64,000 nt of DNA from Blastococcus sp. (GCA_042090795.1 JBELIQ010000013.1:7780-71779), one strand, 5' to 3'. Numbered from the stretch's first letter, positions 47,424 to 58,487 are shown. Made by a program: numbers and translations. Notes: generated by a model from the letters alone, not told the origin.

Positions 47424-48911
47424 ATGCCTGCACCCCCGAGCACCACCCCCCGGTCGAGCGTGCGCCGACCCTCCTGGCTCACCCCCTCGGTCGCCCGCAC
47501 CGAGGTCCTCGCCGGCCTCGTGGTCGCCCTGGCGCTCATCCCCGAGGCGATCAGCTTCTCGATCCTGGCCGGGGTCGACCCGCAGGTGGGCCTGTTCTCC
47601 TCCTTCGTGATGGCCGTGGTCATCTCCTTCACCGGCGGCCGCCCGGCGATGATCACCGCCGCGACCGGCGCGATCGCCCTCGTGGTGGCCCCGCTGACGC
47701 TGGAGTACGGCGTCCAGTACCTGTTCGCCGCGGTGATCCTGGGCGGCGTCTTCCAGGTGCTCCTCGGACTGGCGGGGTTCGCCCGGCTCATGCGCTTCAT
47801 CCCGCGCAGCGTCATGGTCGGCTTCGTCAACGCACTGGCGATCCTCATCTTCACCGCGCAGCTGCCCCAGCTGGTCGACGTGCCGTGGCTGGTCTACCCG
47901 CTGGTCGCCGCGGGCCTGGCGATCATCTTCCTGCTGCCGCGGATCACCGCGGCCGTTCCCGCGCCACTGGTCGCGATCGTCGTTCTCACCACCCTCGTGG
48001 TCACGGTCGGCTGGGAGATCCCCGACGTCGGCGGCGAGGGGCAGCTCCCCGACAGCCTGCCGTTCTTCCTGCTGCCGGACGTGCCGTTCACGTGGGAGAC
48101 GCTGACGATCATCGCGCCGTTCGCCCTGGGCGTCGCCTTCGTCGGGCTGATGGAGTCGCTGATGACGGCCAAGCTCGTCGACGACATCACCGACAGCCAC
48201 TCGGACAAGACCCGCGAGTCCTGGGGCCAGGGCACGGCCAACATGGCCTCGGGCTTCTTCGGCGGCATGGGCGGCTGCGCCATGATCGGCCAGACGATGA
48301 TCAACGTGAAGGCCTCGGGCGCCCGCACCCGGCTGTCGACCTTCCTGTCCGGCGTCTTCCTGCTGGTCCTCGTCGTCGCCCTCGGCGACGTCGTCAGCAT
48401 CATCCCGATGGCCGCCCTCGTCGCGGTCATGATCTTCGTGTCGATCGCGACGTTCGACTGGCACAGCCTGCAGACCATCCACCGGATGCCCAAGAGCGAG
48501 ACCACGGTGATGCTCGCGACGGTCGCCGTCACCCTCATCACGCACAACCTCGCGATCGGCGTGGGCGTCGGCGTCCTGACGGCCTGCGTGCTGTTCGCCC
48601 AGCGGATCGCCCACCTCGTCGACGTGGCGCGCGTGGTGGACGGCGACACGGCGCGCTACACCGTCGACGGCGCCCTGTTCTTCGCCTCCAGCAACGACCT
48701 CTACACCCAGTTCGAGTACGCCGAGGATCCGGCGGACGTGGTCATCGACCTGTCCCGGGCCCACGTCTGGGACGCCTCCACCGTCGCCGCGCTGGACGCC
48801 ATCTCGCACAAGTACGAGACGCGCGGCAAGAAGGTCGAGATCGTCGGGCTGCAGGGCCACTCCGCGGACCGCTTCGACCGCCACACCGGACAGCTGGCGG
48901 GTGGGCACTGA
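47424..48911 (+). CDS. sulP: SulP family anion permease with STAS domain
   Basis: EVLAGLVVALALIPEAISF, GGRPAMIT, GCAMIGQT, GALFFASS. Confidence 0.94.
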   Translation: MPAPPSTTPRSSVRRPSWLTPSVARTEVLAGLVVALALIPEAISFSILAGVDPQVGLFSSFVMAVVISFTGGRPAMITAATGAIALVVAPLTLEYGVQYLFAAVILGGVFQVLLGLAGFARLMRFIPRSVMVGFVNALAILIFTAQLPQLVDVPWLVYPLVAAGLAIIFLLPRITAAVPAPLVAIVVLTTLVVTVGWEIPDVGGEGQLPDSLPFFLLPDVPFTWETLTIIAPFALGVAFVGLMESLMTAKLVDDITDSHSDKTRESWGQGTANMASGFFGGMGGCAMIGQTMINVKASGARTRLSTFLSGVFLLVLVVALGDVVSIIPMAALVAVMIFVSIATFDWHSLQTIHRMPKSETTVMLATVAVTLITHNLAIGVGVGVLTACVLFAQRIAHLVDVARVVDGDTARYTVDGALFFASSNDLYTQFEYAEDPADVVIDLSRAHVWDASTVAALDAISHKYETRGKKVEIVGLQGHSADRFDRHTGQLAGGH

Positions 48912-48976
48912 TGGCCACGCCGGCGATCCGCGGCGGCCGCGCAGACGGCCACCGAGGCATGCCCTGTGGAGAGGGC

Positions 48977-49375
48977 GTGACCGACACCCCCCGCGGCGAG
49001 CTGATGCAGATCGGTCAGGTCGCCGAGCGCACCGGCCTGAGCCTGCGGACCATCCGCTTCTACGAGGAGAACGGGCTGGTGATCCCGACCGCCCGCTCCG
49101 AGGGGGGCTTCCGCCTGTACAGCGAGCACGCCGTCTCCCGCCTCGAGGTCATCAAGCGCATGAAGCCGCTCGGCTTCACGCTCGAGGAGATGCAGGAGCT
49201 GCTGACCCTGCTGGCCGATCTGGAGTCCGGTAGCGGCGACCGGGAGCAGCTGGCGGACCGGCTGCGGACCTTCCACGCAGCAGCCACGGCACGGGTGACC
49301 GCGCTCAGGGACCAGCTGGCGGTGGCGGAGGGATTCGCCGAGACCCTCGCCGGACAGCTCCGCACCCGGGGCTGA
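48977..49375 (+). CDS. MerR family transcriptional regulator
   Basis: MQIGQVAERTGLSLRTIRFYEE.GL...RSEGGFRLY; SD-led GTG 48977 (alternative ATG 48911). Confidence 0.93.
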   Translation: MTDTPRGELMQIGQVAERTGLSLRTIRFYEENGLVIPTARSEGGFRLYSEHAVSRLEVIKRMKPLGFTLEEMQELLTLLADLESGSGDREQLADRLRTFHAAATARVTALRDQLAVAEGFAETLAGQLRTRG

Positions 49376-49380
49376 GCTCC

Positions 49381-49416
49381 GCTGCTCCCCGCCCCGGGCA
49401 ACCGGGCGGGGGCAGC
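49381..49416. terminator. GCAA-tetraloop hairpin between convergent merR and tagF-like genes
   Basis: GCTGCTCCCCGCCCCGG-GCAA-CCGGGCGGGGGCAGC. Confidence 0.7.
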
Positions 49417-49417
49417 G

Positions 49418-50479
49418 TCACCGACCGGGGCCCAGGAGCTCGATCGCCCGGTCCGTGGCGCCGCCGTCGTCCAGGTGGCAGTACCGCTCGCGGAAACGGT
49501 CGTACCGGTCGCGGTACGAGTCGCGCATCGCCTCGGGCCGGGACAGCGCGTCGAGGAGTGCCGGCAGTGACTCCACCACCGGACCCGGAGCTTCGGTCAG
49601 GAAGTCGAAGTAGAAGCCCCGCAACGAGTCGCGGTAGTGGGCGAGGTCGTAGGCGTAGAAGATCATCGGCTTCCCGGTGATCGCGAAGTCGAACATCACC
49701 GACGAGTAGTCGGTCACCAGCACGTCCGCGGCGAGGTAGAGGTCGCGGATGTCGGGATACCCGGAGACGTCCAGGACCCCTGGCCGCTCCTGCCACGACG
49801 TCCGGCCGGCCATGTAGTAGTGCGTCCGGACCAGCAACGAGCAGCCCTCACCCATACCCGTGACGAAGGAGTCGACGTCCAGGCCCAGCGGGACGTCGAC
49901 GGCGTCGCGCTCGTCGTCGCGCCAGGTCGGTGCGTAGAGAACCGCCCGCGTGCCGTCGTCGAGGCCGAGACGGGCGCGCACCGCCCTCCGGTGCAGCTCC
50001 CGGTCACCCGACGACAGCACGTCGTTCCGCGGGTAGCCGGTCTCCACGACCCTGCCGCCGAACCGGAACGCACTCCGGAGCCGTTCGGTGCTGGGACGGT
50101 TCGGGGAGAGCAGCAGGTCCCAGCGGGCGACGTCCCGTCCCAGGCGTTCCTCGTCGGCCGGGCCCACCGAGGGCTCGTCGTAGTGGATCCGCTTCAGGGG
50201 CGTCCCGTGCCACGTCTGCAGGTACACCGCCCCCGGTCGTTTCGTCCACGACCCGCCGAGGCAGCTGTTGCTGACGACGACGTCGGCGGACTCCAGGACC
50301 GCGACGGCCTCCGGAGTGCCCAGCGCGACGGTGTCGACCCCCTCCGGGAAGGCGGGGTCGTAGCCCTCCCCCCTCAACCACACGTGGGCATGACCCGTCT
50401 CGGCGTCGAGCAGGCGCTCGTAGATGGCCCGTGGACTGTCGGAGTACTGGCCGAGGAAGGAGTTGTAGACGAAGAGCAC
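49418..50479 (-). CDS. CDP-glycerol glycerophosphotransferase (TagF/TagB family)
   Basis: YSDSPRAIY, LQTWHGTPLKRI, TGYPRND, LYAPTWRD, LVTDYSSVMFDF. Confidence 0.92.
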   Translation of the reverse strand: MLFVYNSFLGQYSDSPRAIYERLLDAETGHAHVWLRGEGYDPAFPEGVDTVALGTPEAVAVLESADVVVSNSCLGGSWTKRPGAVYLQTWHGTPLKRIHYDEPSVGPADEERLGRDVARWDLLLSPNRPSTERLRSAFRFGGRVVETGYPRNDVLSSGDRELHRRAVRARLGLDDGTRAVLYAPTWRDDERDAVDVPLGLDVDSFVTGMGEGCSLLVRTHYYMAGRTSWQERPGVLDVSGYPDIRDLYLAADVLVTDYSSVMFDFAITGKPMIFYAYDLAHYRDSLRGFYFDFLTEAPGPVVESLPALLDALSRPEAMRDSYRDRYDRFRERYCHLDDGGATDRAIELLGPGR

Positions 50480-50762
50480 GAGCGGGTCATCCTGTTCGGC
50501 AGCGGGCCAGCGCCGGAGGAACCCGGTACTGCTGGAGGGTCACGGGCGTGCGTCCGCCGCACCGCGCGTCGGGGCGTCCGGAGGCCGTCCGGTCACGTCG
50601 CGAGGGAGGTGGTGGCAGCCCTGTCCGGAGGTGGGACCGGAGGGTTCGGCCCGTCGCACCGTGACGTGGCTCGATCGTCGCACCCCGGCCGCGGGGCGAT
50701 CGACCCCGGTCGCCCACTGTTCGGACGTAGGCAGGACGGTGTTCACCGGGCGGTCCGGTCGC

Positions 50763-51920
50763 TTATCTCAGGAGGCTCCGTGCGATCACCATGCGCTGCA
50801 CCTGGTTGGTGCCCTCGTAGATCTGGGTGATCTTGGCGTCGCGCATCATGCGCTCGACCGGGAAGTCCTGGGTGTAGCCGGCGCCCCCGAACAGCTGGAC
50901 GGCGTCGGTGGTCACCTGCATGGCCACGTCGGAGGCGAACGCCTTGGCCGAGGCGGAGATCCGGGTGACGTCCGGGCGGCCGGCCTCACCGGCGGCGGCC
51001 GCGACGTAGACGAGGTGCCGGGCGGCCTCGATCTTCATCTGCATGTCGGCGAGCATGAACTGGACGCCCTGGAAGCTGCCGATGCTGCTGCCGAACTGCC
51101 TGCGCTCCTTGACGTAGGCCACGGCGGCGTCGAGCGCGCCCTGCGCGACACCGACCGCCTGCGCGCCGATGGTCGGTCGGGTGAAGTCCAGCGTCCGCAA
51201 CGCGGTCTTGAAGCCGGTGCCGGGGGCGCCGATGATCCGGTCAGCCGGGATGGTGCACCCGGTGAACCAGAGCTCGCAGGTGGGCGAGCCCTTGATGCCC
51301 ATCTTGCGTTCCTTCGGGCCGACGGCGAAGCCCGGGTCGTCGCGGTGGACGGCGAAGGCGGAGATGCCGTTGGCACCGGCGTCCGGGTCGGTGACGGCCA
51401 TGACCGTGTACCACTCGGAGACCCCGGCGTTCGTGATCCACGCCTTGGCGCCGTCGAGCACCCAGCTGTCGCCGTCGCGGCGCGCGCGGGTGCGCATCGC
51501 GGCGGCGTCGGAGCCGGCCTCGCGCTCCGAGAGGCCGTAGCTGATCATCGCCTCGCCGGAGGCGACCGACGGCAGGACCGTCCGCTTCACGTCGTCGGAC
51601 GCGGACAGCATGATCGGCATCGAGCCCAGCTTGTTCACCGCCGGGATGAGCGAGGCGCTGACGTCGACCCGCGCCACCTCCTCGATCACGATGCACGTGG
51701 CGATCGCGTCGGCACCCTCGCCGCCGTACTCCTCGGGGACGTGCGTGGCGTGGAAGCCGGCCGCCGTCAGGGCCTTCTGCGCCTCGGCCGGGAAGCGGGC
51801 GTCGGCGTCCACCTCGGCGGCAAACGGCGCGATCTCGCGCTCGGCGATGTCCCGCACCGCCTCGCGGATCGCGTCGTGTTCCTCGGTCAGCGCGTAGAGC
51901 CCGGCGGCGTTGTTACCCAC
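50763..51920 (-). CDS. Acyl-CoA dehydrogenase (FadE25-like)
   Basis: [35 protein letters not shown]. Confidence 0.95.
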   Translation of the reverse strand: MGNNAAGLYALTEEHDAIREAVRDIAEREIAPFAAEVDADARFPAEAQKALTAAGFHATHVPEEYGGEGADAIATCIVIEEVARVDVSASLIPAVNKLGSMPIMLSASDDVKRTVLPSVASGEAMISYGLSEREAGSDAAAMRTRARRDGDSWVLDGAKAWITNAGVSEWYTVMAVTDPDAGANGISAFAVHRDDPGFAVGPKERKMGIKGSPTCELWFTGCTIPADRIIGAPGTGFKTALRTLDFTRPTIGAQAVGVAQGALDAAVAYVKERRQFGSSIGSFQGVQFMLADMQMKIEAARHLVYVAAAAGEAGRPDVTRISASAKAFASDVAMQVTTDAVQLFGGAGYTQDFPVERMMRDAKITQIYEGTNQVQRMVIARSLLR

Positions 51921-51942
51921 GAGTAGATCGTAGGACGCCCGA

Positions 51943-52449
51943 CTACCGCTCGGAAGCGAGCCGCTCCTGGAGGGTGAGGTCCCGCGCGACGACGGACTCC
52001 GCCAGCTCGGCCTGGAACCGGCCGACCGCGGCCAGCAGGGTGGGATCGCCCGCCGCGAGGATGCGGACGGCCAGCAGCCCGGCGTTGCGCCCGCCGCCGA
52101 TGCCCACCGTCGCCACGGGCACCCCCGCCGGCATCTGCACGATCGAGAGCAGGCTGTCCAGCCCGTCGAGCCGGTCCAGCGGCCGCGGGACGCCGATGAC
52201 CGGCAGCGGCGTCGCGGCGGCGACCATGCCGGGCAGATGGGCCGCTCCCCCGGCGCCGGCGATGACGACCCGCAGGCCCCGGCCGGCGGCCGCCTCCGCG
52301 TAGTCCAGCATCCGGCGCGGCGTCCGGTGGGCGGACAGGACGTGCGCCTCGTAGGGGACGCCGAACTCCTCGAGCGCCCGGGCGGCGGGTTCCATCACCG
52401 GCCAGTCCGAGTCACTGCCCATCACGATGCCGACGACCGGGTCGCTCAT
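51943..52449 (-). CDS. purE: N5-CAIR mutase
   Basis: [36 protein letters not shown]. Confidence 0.97.
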   Translation of the reverse strand: MSDPVVGIVMGSDSDWPVMEPAARALEEFGVPYEAHVLSAHRTPRRMLDYAEAAAGRGLRVVIAGAGGAAHLPGMVAAATPLPVIGVPRPLDRLDGLDSLLSIVQMPAGVPVATVGIGGGRNAGLLAVRILAAGDPTLLAAVGRFQAELAESVVARDLTLQERLASER

Positions 52450-52459
52450 GCCCTGCTCC

Positions 52460-53677
52460 TCAGTGCTCGGGGTCGTGCGGGAAGGCGAAGGCGGGGTCGA
52501 CGACGCCGTCGGCGAGGTACCGGGCGGCGGCCACCGCGCGGGCACGGACCTCGGTGACGTCCTCGCCGAGCGCGGTGAGGTGGCCGAGCTTGCGGCCGGG
52601 CCGCTGGCTCTTGCCGTACCAGTGCAGCTTCACGTCGGGCCAGTGCGCCATCAGGTGGTGGATGCGCTCGTCCAGCCCCGGGCCGGTCCAGTCCGGCGAC
52701 GACGCCGCGCCGCCCAGCACGTTGGCCATCACCGCGACGGGGGCGGTCATGGCGGTCGAGCCGAGCGGGTAGTCGAGGACGGCGCGCAGGTGCTGCTCGA
52801 ACTGACTGGTGCGGGCGCCCTCGATGGTCCAGTGCCCGGAGTTGTGCGGCCGCATGGCCAGCTCGTTGACCAGCACGCCGTCGGCGGTCTCGAACAGCTC
52901 GACGGCGAGCATCCCGACCACGCCGAGCCGGTCGGCGATCCGCACGGCCAGCTCCTGGGCCGCCGCCGCCAGCTCCTCCGACAGGCCGGGCGCGGGCGCG
53001 AGGACCTCCGCGCAGACGCCGTCGCGCTGCACCGTCTCGACCACCGGCCAGACCGCGACCTGACCGAAGGGCGAGCGGGCCACCTGCGCGGAGAGCTCGC
53101 GGCGCATCGCCACCTTCTGCTCGGCCAGCAGGGGCCCGTGCCGCTCGACCAGCTCGGTGGCCGCTGCGGCGTCCTCCACCACGAAGACGCCCTTGCCGTC
53201 GTAGCCGCCGCGCGGGGTCTTGAGGATCACCGGCCAGCCGTGCCGGTCGGCGAAGGCGGTCACGTCGTCGGCGCCGGTGACCCGCGCCCACGGCGGCTGG
53301 GGTTCACCCGCTTCGGCCAGTGACGCACGCAGCACGAGCTTGTCCTGGGCGTGCACGAGGGCCGCCGGGCCCGGGGCCACGCGGTGGCCGGCCAGCTCCA
53401 GCGCGCGCAGGTGCTCGGTGGGCACGTGCTCGTGGTCGAAGGTGAGCACGGTGGCCCCCTCGACGAGCTCCCGCAGGGCGGCGAGGTCGCCGTGGTCGCC
53501 GATCCGCACGTCCGCCGTGACCAGTGCCGCCGACTCCTCGGGCCCGGCGGAGAGCACCCGCAGGGTCTGGCCGAGGGCGATGGCGGCCTGGTGCGTCATG
53601 CGGGCGAGCTGCCCGCCGCCGACCATCGCCACCACGGGGAGCCCGGTGACGGCGGAGAGGGGCGCGGGACCTGACAT
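52460..53677 (-). CDS. purK: N5-CAIR synthetase
   Basis: [34 protein letters not shown]. Confidence 0.97.
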   Translation of the reverse strand: MSGPAPLSAVTGLPVVAMVGGGQLARMTHQAAIALGQTLRVLSAGPEESAALVTADVRIGDHGDLAALRELVEGATVLTFDHEHVPTEHLRALELAGHRVAPGPAALVHAQDKLVLRASLAEAGEPQPPWARVTGADDVTAFADRHGWPVILKTPRGGYDGKGVFVVEDAAAATELVERHGPLLAEQKVAMRRELSAQVARSPFGQVAVWPVVETVQRDGVCAEVLAPAPGLSEELAAAAQELAVRIADRLGVVGMLAVELFETADGVLVNELAMRPHNSGHWTIEGARTSQFEQHLRAVLDYPLGSTAMTAPVAVMANVLGGAASSPDWTGPGLDERIHHLMAHWPDVKLHWYGKSQRPGRKLGHLTALGEDVTEVRARAVAAARYLADGVVDPAFAFPHDPEH

Positions 53678-53733
53678 GGCCCGACGAGCCTAGCGGGCCG
53701 CGAACCGGCACCCCGATGCCTAGAATCGGCCGG

Positions 53734-54330
53734 GTGCCTTCCCCCCGCGACCGAACCGTCCCGATCGCGGAACGGGTGCGCCGTCGGCTCCGGGAGCTCG
53801 GCGCCTTCGGGGTCGTCGGCGGGATCGCCTTCGTGGTCGACATCAGCCTGTTCCAGCTGCTGTACGGATACCTCGACGTCGGCGCCGTCACCGCCAAGAC
53901 GCTGGCCACGCTGGTCTCCATGTGCGTGGCGTTCCTGGGGCACCGGAACTGGGCCTTCGCCCACCGGGACAGGACCACGATCCGTCGCTCGTTCGCGCTG
54001 TTCGCGCTCGTCAACGTGGGCACCCTCGTGCTGGGCGCGGCCATCATCTGGTTCGTGCGCTACCCGCTCGACCAGGAGCGCCTGCTGATCATCCAGGCCG
54101 CGAACATCGCCTCGATCGGGCTCAACAGCGTGGTGCGCTACCTGGCCTACCGGCGGTGGGTGTTCCCCGCTGTGGCCGGCCCGGACGCCGGCGGGGTCAC
54201 GGAGCCGCGACCCGACACCACCCGTCCCGCCGGCCCGCACACGGATGGTCCGCTCGGCGACGGCACGTCGACGACCCCGGCGTCGGCCGGCGGCGGGGAC
54301 GCGGTCCCGGCGGCCACCCGCGCCGTCTGA
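53734..54330 (+). CDS. GtrA family membrane protein (Rv3277-like)
   Basis: Four TM segments, FGVVGG, NWAF, RRWVF; TAGAAT -10 box 7 nt before GTG. Confidence 0.88.
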   Translation: MPSPRDRTVPIAERVRRRLRELGAFGVVGGIAFVVDISLFQLLYGYLDVGAVTAKTLATLVSMCVAFLGHRNWAFAHRDRTTIRRSFALFALVNVGTLVLGAAIIWFVRYPLDQERLLIIQAANIASIGLNSVVRYLAYRRWVFPAVAGPDAGGVTEPRPDTTRPAGPHTDGPLGDGTSTTPASAGGGDAVPAATRAV

Positions 54331-54363
54331 CCCGCCTCACCGCGCCCGGGTCCCGCGCCCCGC

Positions 54364-57324
54364 TCAGCCCGCGAGCCGGGAGCCGCTCCGGCCGGGGACG
54401 ACCTCCAGACGGCTGGTGATGCGGGTCCGCAGCTCCTCCACGTGGCTGATGACCCCGACCGTCCGCCCGCCCCGGCGGAGCTCGTCGAGCACGTTCATCA
54501 CCGCGTCCAGCGCCTGCGGGTCGAGCGTGCCGAACCCCTCGTCGACGAAGAGGCTGTCGATCTGCACACCACCGCTCTCCGCGGTGACCACGTCGGCCAG
54601 ACCCAGCGCCAGGGCGAGCGAGGCCATGAAGCTCTCCCCGCCGGACAGCGTCTTGGTGGGCCGCCGGGTGCCCGTGTACTCGTCGAGCACCTCCAGACCG
54701 AGGCCGCCGCGCGCGCCGTGGCGCCCCTGCGCGTCGCTGTGCAGGAACGTGTAGCGGCCACCGGACATGTCCTGCAGCCGCCGGCTGGCGACCTCGGAGA
54801 CCTGCTCGAGGCGCGCGGCCAGCACGAAGGACTGCAGGCGCATCTTCAGGCGATTGGCGCCGCGGCCGGTGGCGAGGTCGGCCAGCGCGGTGATCCGCTC
54901 CGTCCGGGCGCGCTGCTCGTCGAGCTCGACCGCGACCGCGGTGAGCTCGCCGGCGAGGTCGTCGAGCCGGGTGATCCGGCGGTGGGCGTCCTGCTGCACG
55001 GCCACGGCGGACTCCCGCTCGGCCGTCGCCGAGCGGCAGGCAGCCGCCAGGCTCTCGAGGTCGGGACGGGCACCGAGGTCGGTCAGCTGCGGCTCGGCCA
55101 GGACACCGGCGACGACGGCCCGTGCCCGGTCGTGCTCCTCGACCTGGCGGCTCAGTCCGGCGGCGCGGTCGGGCGGGAGCAGGGCCTGCGCGGCCGCGGC
55201 GGGATCGGGGAACCCGGCCGCCTCCACCCGGGCGAGCGCGACCGCCAGCGCCCCCTCCTCCGCCAGCCGGGCCCGGTTCTCGGCGGCGGCGGCCTCGACC
55301 TGCGCCTCGCAGCGCTCGGCCTCGGCGGTGAGCCGGGCGATGCGTGCGGGCAGGTCCGGGTCGTCCCCGCGGGCCGCGGCCAGCTGACCGGTCACCTCGG
55401 CCAGAGCCGCGCCCAGGGCGGCGACGGCGGCCTCCTGGCGGCCGACCTCCTCCCGGTCGGCGGCGAGTGCTGCGGACTCCGCCTCCCGCTGCGCGCGCGA
55501 CCGGTCGAGGTCCGTGCGGGCGGTGTCCAGGCCGGCGGCCAGGGCGTGGGCCGCCTCGTGCTCGGCGACGAGTCCGGCCAGCGCGGCCTCCTGCTCGGGC
55601 AGCGGTCCGGTGCCGGCCCGGGCCCTGCTGGCGGCGAGCTCCCGCTCGGTGGCGGAGCAGGCGTCGCGGGCGCCGGTCCACCGCACCTCGGCCCGCTCGG
55701 CCGCCAGGCGGGCGGCCTCTTCGTCGTCCCGGGTGACGAGCGGGCCCCCGGGCTGGGCGGGTGCGGGGTGGTCGAGCGATCCGCACACCCCGCAGGCGGA
55801 TCCCGGGGACAGCCCGGCGGCGAGCTCCGCGGCCATGCCGTCGAGCCGCTGCGTGCGCACGTCGTTCCAGCGCTCGCGCGCGTCCAGCCAGGCCTCTCGC
55901 GCGGCGTCGGCCGCCGCTCCCTCGCCGGTCAGCTGAATCTCCAGCGCGGCTGCACGGCGGGCCGCCTCGAGCGCCGTCCGCCGGGACTCCACGGTAGCCG
56001 CCAGGCCGGGCAGCCGGGCGCCGGCCGCCGCGGCGGCGTCCACCGCCTCCTCGAGCGCCAGGATGCGGGCCGGCCACCCGGCCATGGCGGACTCGGCTGC
56101 GGAGCACCGGTCGGCCAGCCGGGCGACCGTCTTCTCGCCGGCCACCAGGTCCCGTGCCAGCCGCTCGGCGCGCTCCACCTCCGGCAGCAGCGCACGCAGG
56201 GCGGCCGCCTCGTCCCGCAGCGTGCGGGCCAGCAGCGCGTCGGCCTCCCGATCGGCGGCGACCTCGGCCCAGGCGCCGCGCGCGGCTCCGAGCGCGGCCG
56301 CGGCCCGCTCGGCCTCGAGCGCGGCGCGGCCGGCGGCCTCGAGGACGTCGCGCACCGGCTCGGCGCGGCGGGCGGCGTCCAGCCGGGCGCGCAGCGGCTC
56401 GAGCGCCGGGGCCGCCGCGTCGAGGCGGCCGAGCTCGGCGACCGCCCGGTCGCGGCGGGCATGGCACTCGTCCTGCGCGCGAGCCTCGGCGAGAGCCGCC
56501 TCCTGGACGCGGGCGCGGTCGCCCGCGGCGTCCGCAGCGGTGTCGGCCAGCGCCGCGGCCTCCGCGGCCTGCGCGCGGATGCGGCGCACCCAGGAGGTGA
56601 GCGGCGACCCCGGCGCGGCGCCCACCAGTTCGGGGGCGAACTCCTCGGGGACCGTGACGTCGGCGGCCTGGGCCACGAGGGAGACGAGCGTCCCGGTGCG
56701 TGCGCGGATCCGGTCCAGCTCCTCCCGGGCCGTCGTCCGCTCCCCCGCGAGCCAGTCCTCCACCCGGGCGAAGCGGCCGACGTCGAACAGCGTGCGGAGC
56801 AGCCGGCCCCGGTCCTCGGGCTCGGCACGCAGGAACCGCGCGAAGTCCCCCTGCGGGAGGAGGACGACCTGGCAGAACTGCTCGGCCGACAGGCCCAGCC
56901 GCGTCCGGAGGTACTCCGACCCCTCGTCGATGCGCGTGCTGACCGGCTCCCACGCGTCGCCGGACCAGCGCTGCAGGATGAGGCGGGCCTGCTCGGTCGT
57001 GACGCCCTCGCCGCGGCGCTTCGGGCGCTGCTGCTCGGGGCGGCGGGTCACCCGGAGCCGCTCGGCACCGAGGCTCAGCTCGAGCTCGACCTCGGTGCGC
57101 ACGTCGTCCGCGGCGTGATCGCTGCGCAGCCGCTTCTCCTCGCCGCGGGCTCCCGGCACGGTGCCGTAGAGGGCGAAGACCACGGCGTCGAGCAGCGTCG
57201 TCTTGCCGGCGCCGGTAGGCCCCCAGAGCAGGAAGAGCCCGTCGCGGCCGACGTCGTCCAGGTCGACGTCGACGCGGGTGGCGAAGGGACCGAAGGCGGT
57301 GACCGCGAGCTGGTGGACCCTCAC
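54364..57324 (-). CDS. sbcC: SMC-like nuclease ATPase subunit
   Basis: GPTGAGKTT, QVVLLPQGDF, zinc hook CGVCG, LSGGE, FVDEGFGTLD. Confidence 0.95.
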   Translation of the reverse strand: MRVHQLAVTAFGPFATRVDVDLDDVGRDGLFLLWGPTGAGKTTLLDAVVFALYGTVPGARGEEKRLRSDHAADDVRTEVELELSLGAERLRVTRRPEQQRPKRRGEGVTTEQARLILQRWSGDAWEPVSTRIDEGSEYLRTRLGLSAEQFCQVVLLPQGDFARFLRAEPEDRGRLLRTLFDVGRFARVEDWLAGERTTAREELDRIRARTGTLVSLVAQAADVTVPEEFAPELVGAAPGSPLTSWVRRIRAQAAEAAALADTAADAAGDRARVQEAALAEARAQDECHARRDRAVAELGRLDAAAPALEPLRARLDAARRAEPVRDVLEAAGRAALEAERAAAALGAARGAWAEVAADREADALLARTLRDEAAALRALLPEVERAERLARDLVAGEKTVARLADRCSAAESAMAGWPARILALEEAVDAAAAAGARLPGLAATVESRRTALEAARRAAALEIQLTGEGAAADAAREAWLDARERWNDVRTQRLDGMAAELAAGLSPGSACGVCGSLDHPAPAQPGGPLVTRDDEEAARLAAERAEVRWTGARDACSATERELAASRARAGTGPLPEQEAALAGLVAEHEAAHALAAGLDTARTDLDRSRAQREAESAALAADREEVGRQEAAVAALGAALAEVTGQLAAARGDDPDLPARIARLTAEAERCEAQVEAAAAENRARLAEEGALAVALARVEAAGFPDPAAAAQALLPPDRAAGLSRQVEEHDRARAVVAGVLAEPQLTDLGARPDLESLAAACRSATAERESAVAVQQDAHRRITRLDDLAGELTAVAVELDEQRARTERITALADLATGRGANRLKMRLQSFVLAARLEQVSEVASRRLQDMSGGRYTFLHSDAQGRHGARGGLGLEVLDEYTGTRRPTKTLSGGESFMASLALALGLADVVTAESGGVQIDSLFVDEGFGTLDPQALDAVMNVLDELRRGGRTVGVISHVEELRTRITSRLEVVPGRSGSRLAG

Positions 57325-58481
57325 GCGGCATCCTCGCCGGCCGCGGCGGTCAGGGCGCGGGCGAGGAGCTCCCGCTCGGCGTCGGTCGCGCCGGCACCAC
57401 GCACGTGGTCGACGAACTGCTCGGCCACCTCCAGATCGCTGCGCCCGCGCAGCCGGTCCTGGTAGCTGAGGCCGTCGGCCGAGGCACCCGCACCGGTCCA
57501 CTCCAGGTGCACGCAGTGCGGGAAGCGCTCGCGCAGCTGCCGCATCGGGTCGGCCGGGCGGACGGTGTCGGTGAGGCGAGCCGACACGAAGTGGTCCTCG
57601 GCCGCCGCGTGCTCCGGTGCGGCCAGGAGATCGGCGAGCTCGCCGGTGAGGATGCTGAGCTGCCGGGGCGCCGGCAGCGGCACCGCCCGGACCTCTCCCA
57701 GGCCCGTGGCGTCGAGCTCCACCAGCCAGGCCTGCTTCTGCTGACCCGCCTCGCCGAAGGAGTACGCCAGCGGGGAGCCGCTGTAGCGCAGCCGAGGGCT
57801 CAGGGACTGCGGTCGGTGCAGGTGCCCCAGCGCCACGTAGTCGACGCCGTCGAACACTCCGGCGGGCACCAGGTCCACGCCGCCGACGCAGATGTCGCGC
57901 TCGCTCTCGGTCGGGACGCCCCCGCCCACGAACGCGTGCGCCAGCACCACCGACCGGACGCCGGGACGGAGGAACAGGTCGGCGCGGATGCGGTCCATCG
58001 CCGCGGTCAGCACGCCCTCGTGCCCGCGCACGGCGTCCTCCCCGCGGCCGGTGAGCCCGAGTTCGTGCCGGGCCACCTCCGGCTCCAGGTACGGGATGCC
58101 GTAGACGGCCACCTCGCCGTGCTCGTCGGCCACCAGCACCGGTTCGTCGAGGGCGGGCGTCACGGCGCGGACGTGCAGCCCGGCCGCGGAGAGCAGCCCG
58201 GAGAAGGTGCCCAGCCGGCGCGCCGAGTCGTGGTTGCCGGGCGTGAGGACCACCTGCGCACCGGCGCGCAGCAGCCGCGCGACCACCCGGTCGAGCACGG
58301 CGGTCGCGTCGGCGGAGGGCACCGCCCGGTCGTAGATGTCGCCGGCCACGACCACCAGGTCGACCGCCTCGGCCGTCACCACCGCGGCCAGCCCGCCGAG
58401 CACGGCCTCCTGCTCGGCGAGCAGGTCGGTGCCGTGCAACGTCCGGCCGATGTGCCAGTCGGAGGTGTGCAGGAGGCGCAT
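57321..58481 (-). CDS. sbcD: Nuclease subunit (Mre11-like)
   Basis: LHTSDWHIG, AGDIYD, GNHD, ALGHLH, YSGSPL.YSFGE. Confidence 0.96.
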   Translation of the reverse strand: MRLLHTSDWHIGRTLHGTDLLAEQEAVLGGLAAVVTAEAVDLVVVAGDIYDRAVPSADATAVLDRVVARLLRAGAQVVLTPGNHDSARRLGTFSGLLSAAGLHVRAVTPALDEPVLVADEHGEVAVYGIPYLEPEVARHELGLTGRGEDAVRGHEGVLTAAMDRIRADLFLRPGVRSVVLAHAFVGGGVPTESERDICVGGVDLVPAGVFDGVDYVALGHLHRPQSLSPRLRYSGSPLAYSFGEAGQQKQAWLVELDATGLGEVRAVPLPAPRQLSILTGELADLLAAPEHAAAEDHFVSARLTDTVRPADPMRQLRERFPHCVHLEWTGAGASADGLSYQDRLRGRSDLEVAEQFVDHVRGAGATDAERELLARALTAAAGEDAA

Positions 58482-58487
58482 GGCCGG

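Noticed and set aside
50480-50490. Out-of-frame ATG just upstream of the tagF-like gene as a frameshift
   Set aside because: An AGGA 10 nt before GTG 50479 is a plausible SD, so no frameshift is needed.
54197-57465. Two ~1000-aa ORFs overlapping sbcC (54197-57331 minus, 54442-57465 plus)
   Set aside because: Off-frame and antisense shadows; only the 54364 frame carries the SMC motifs.
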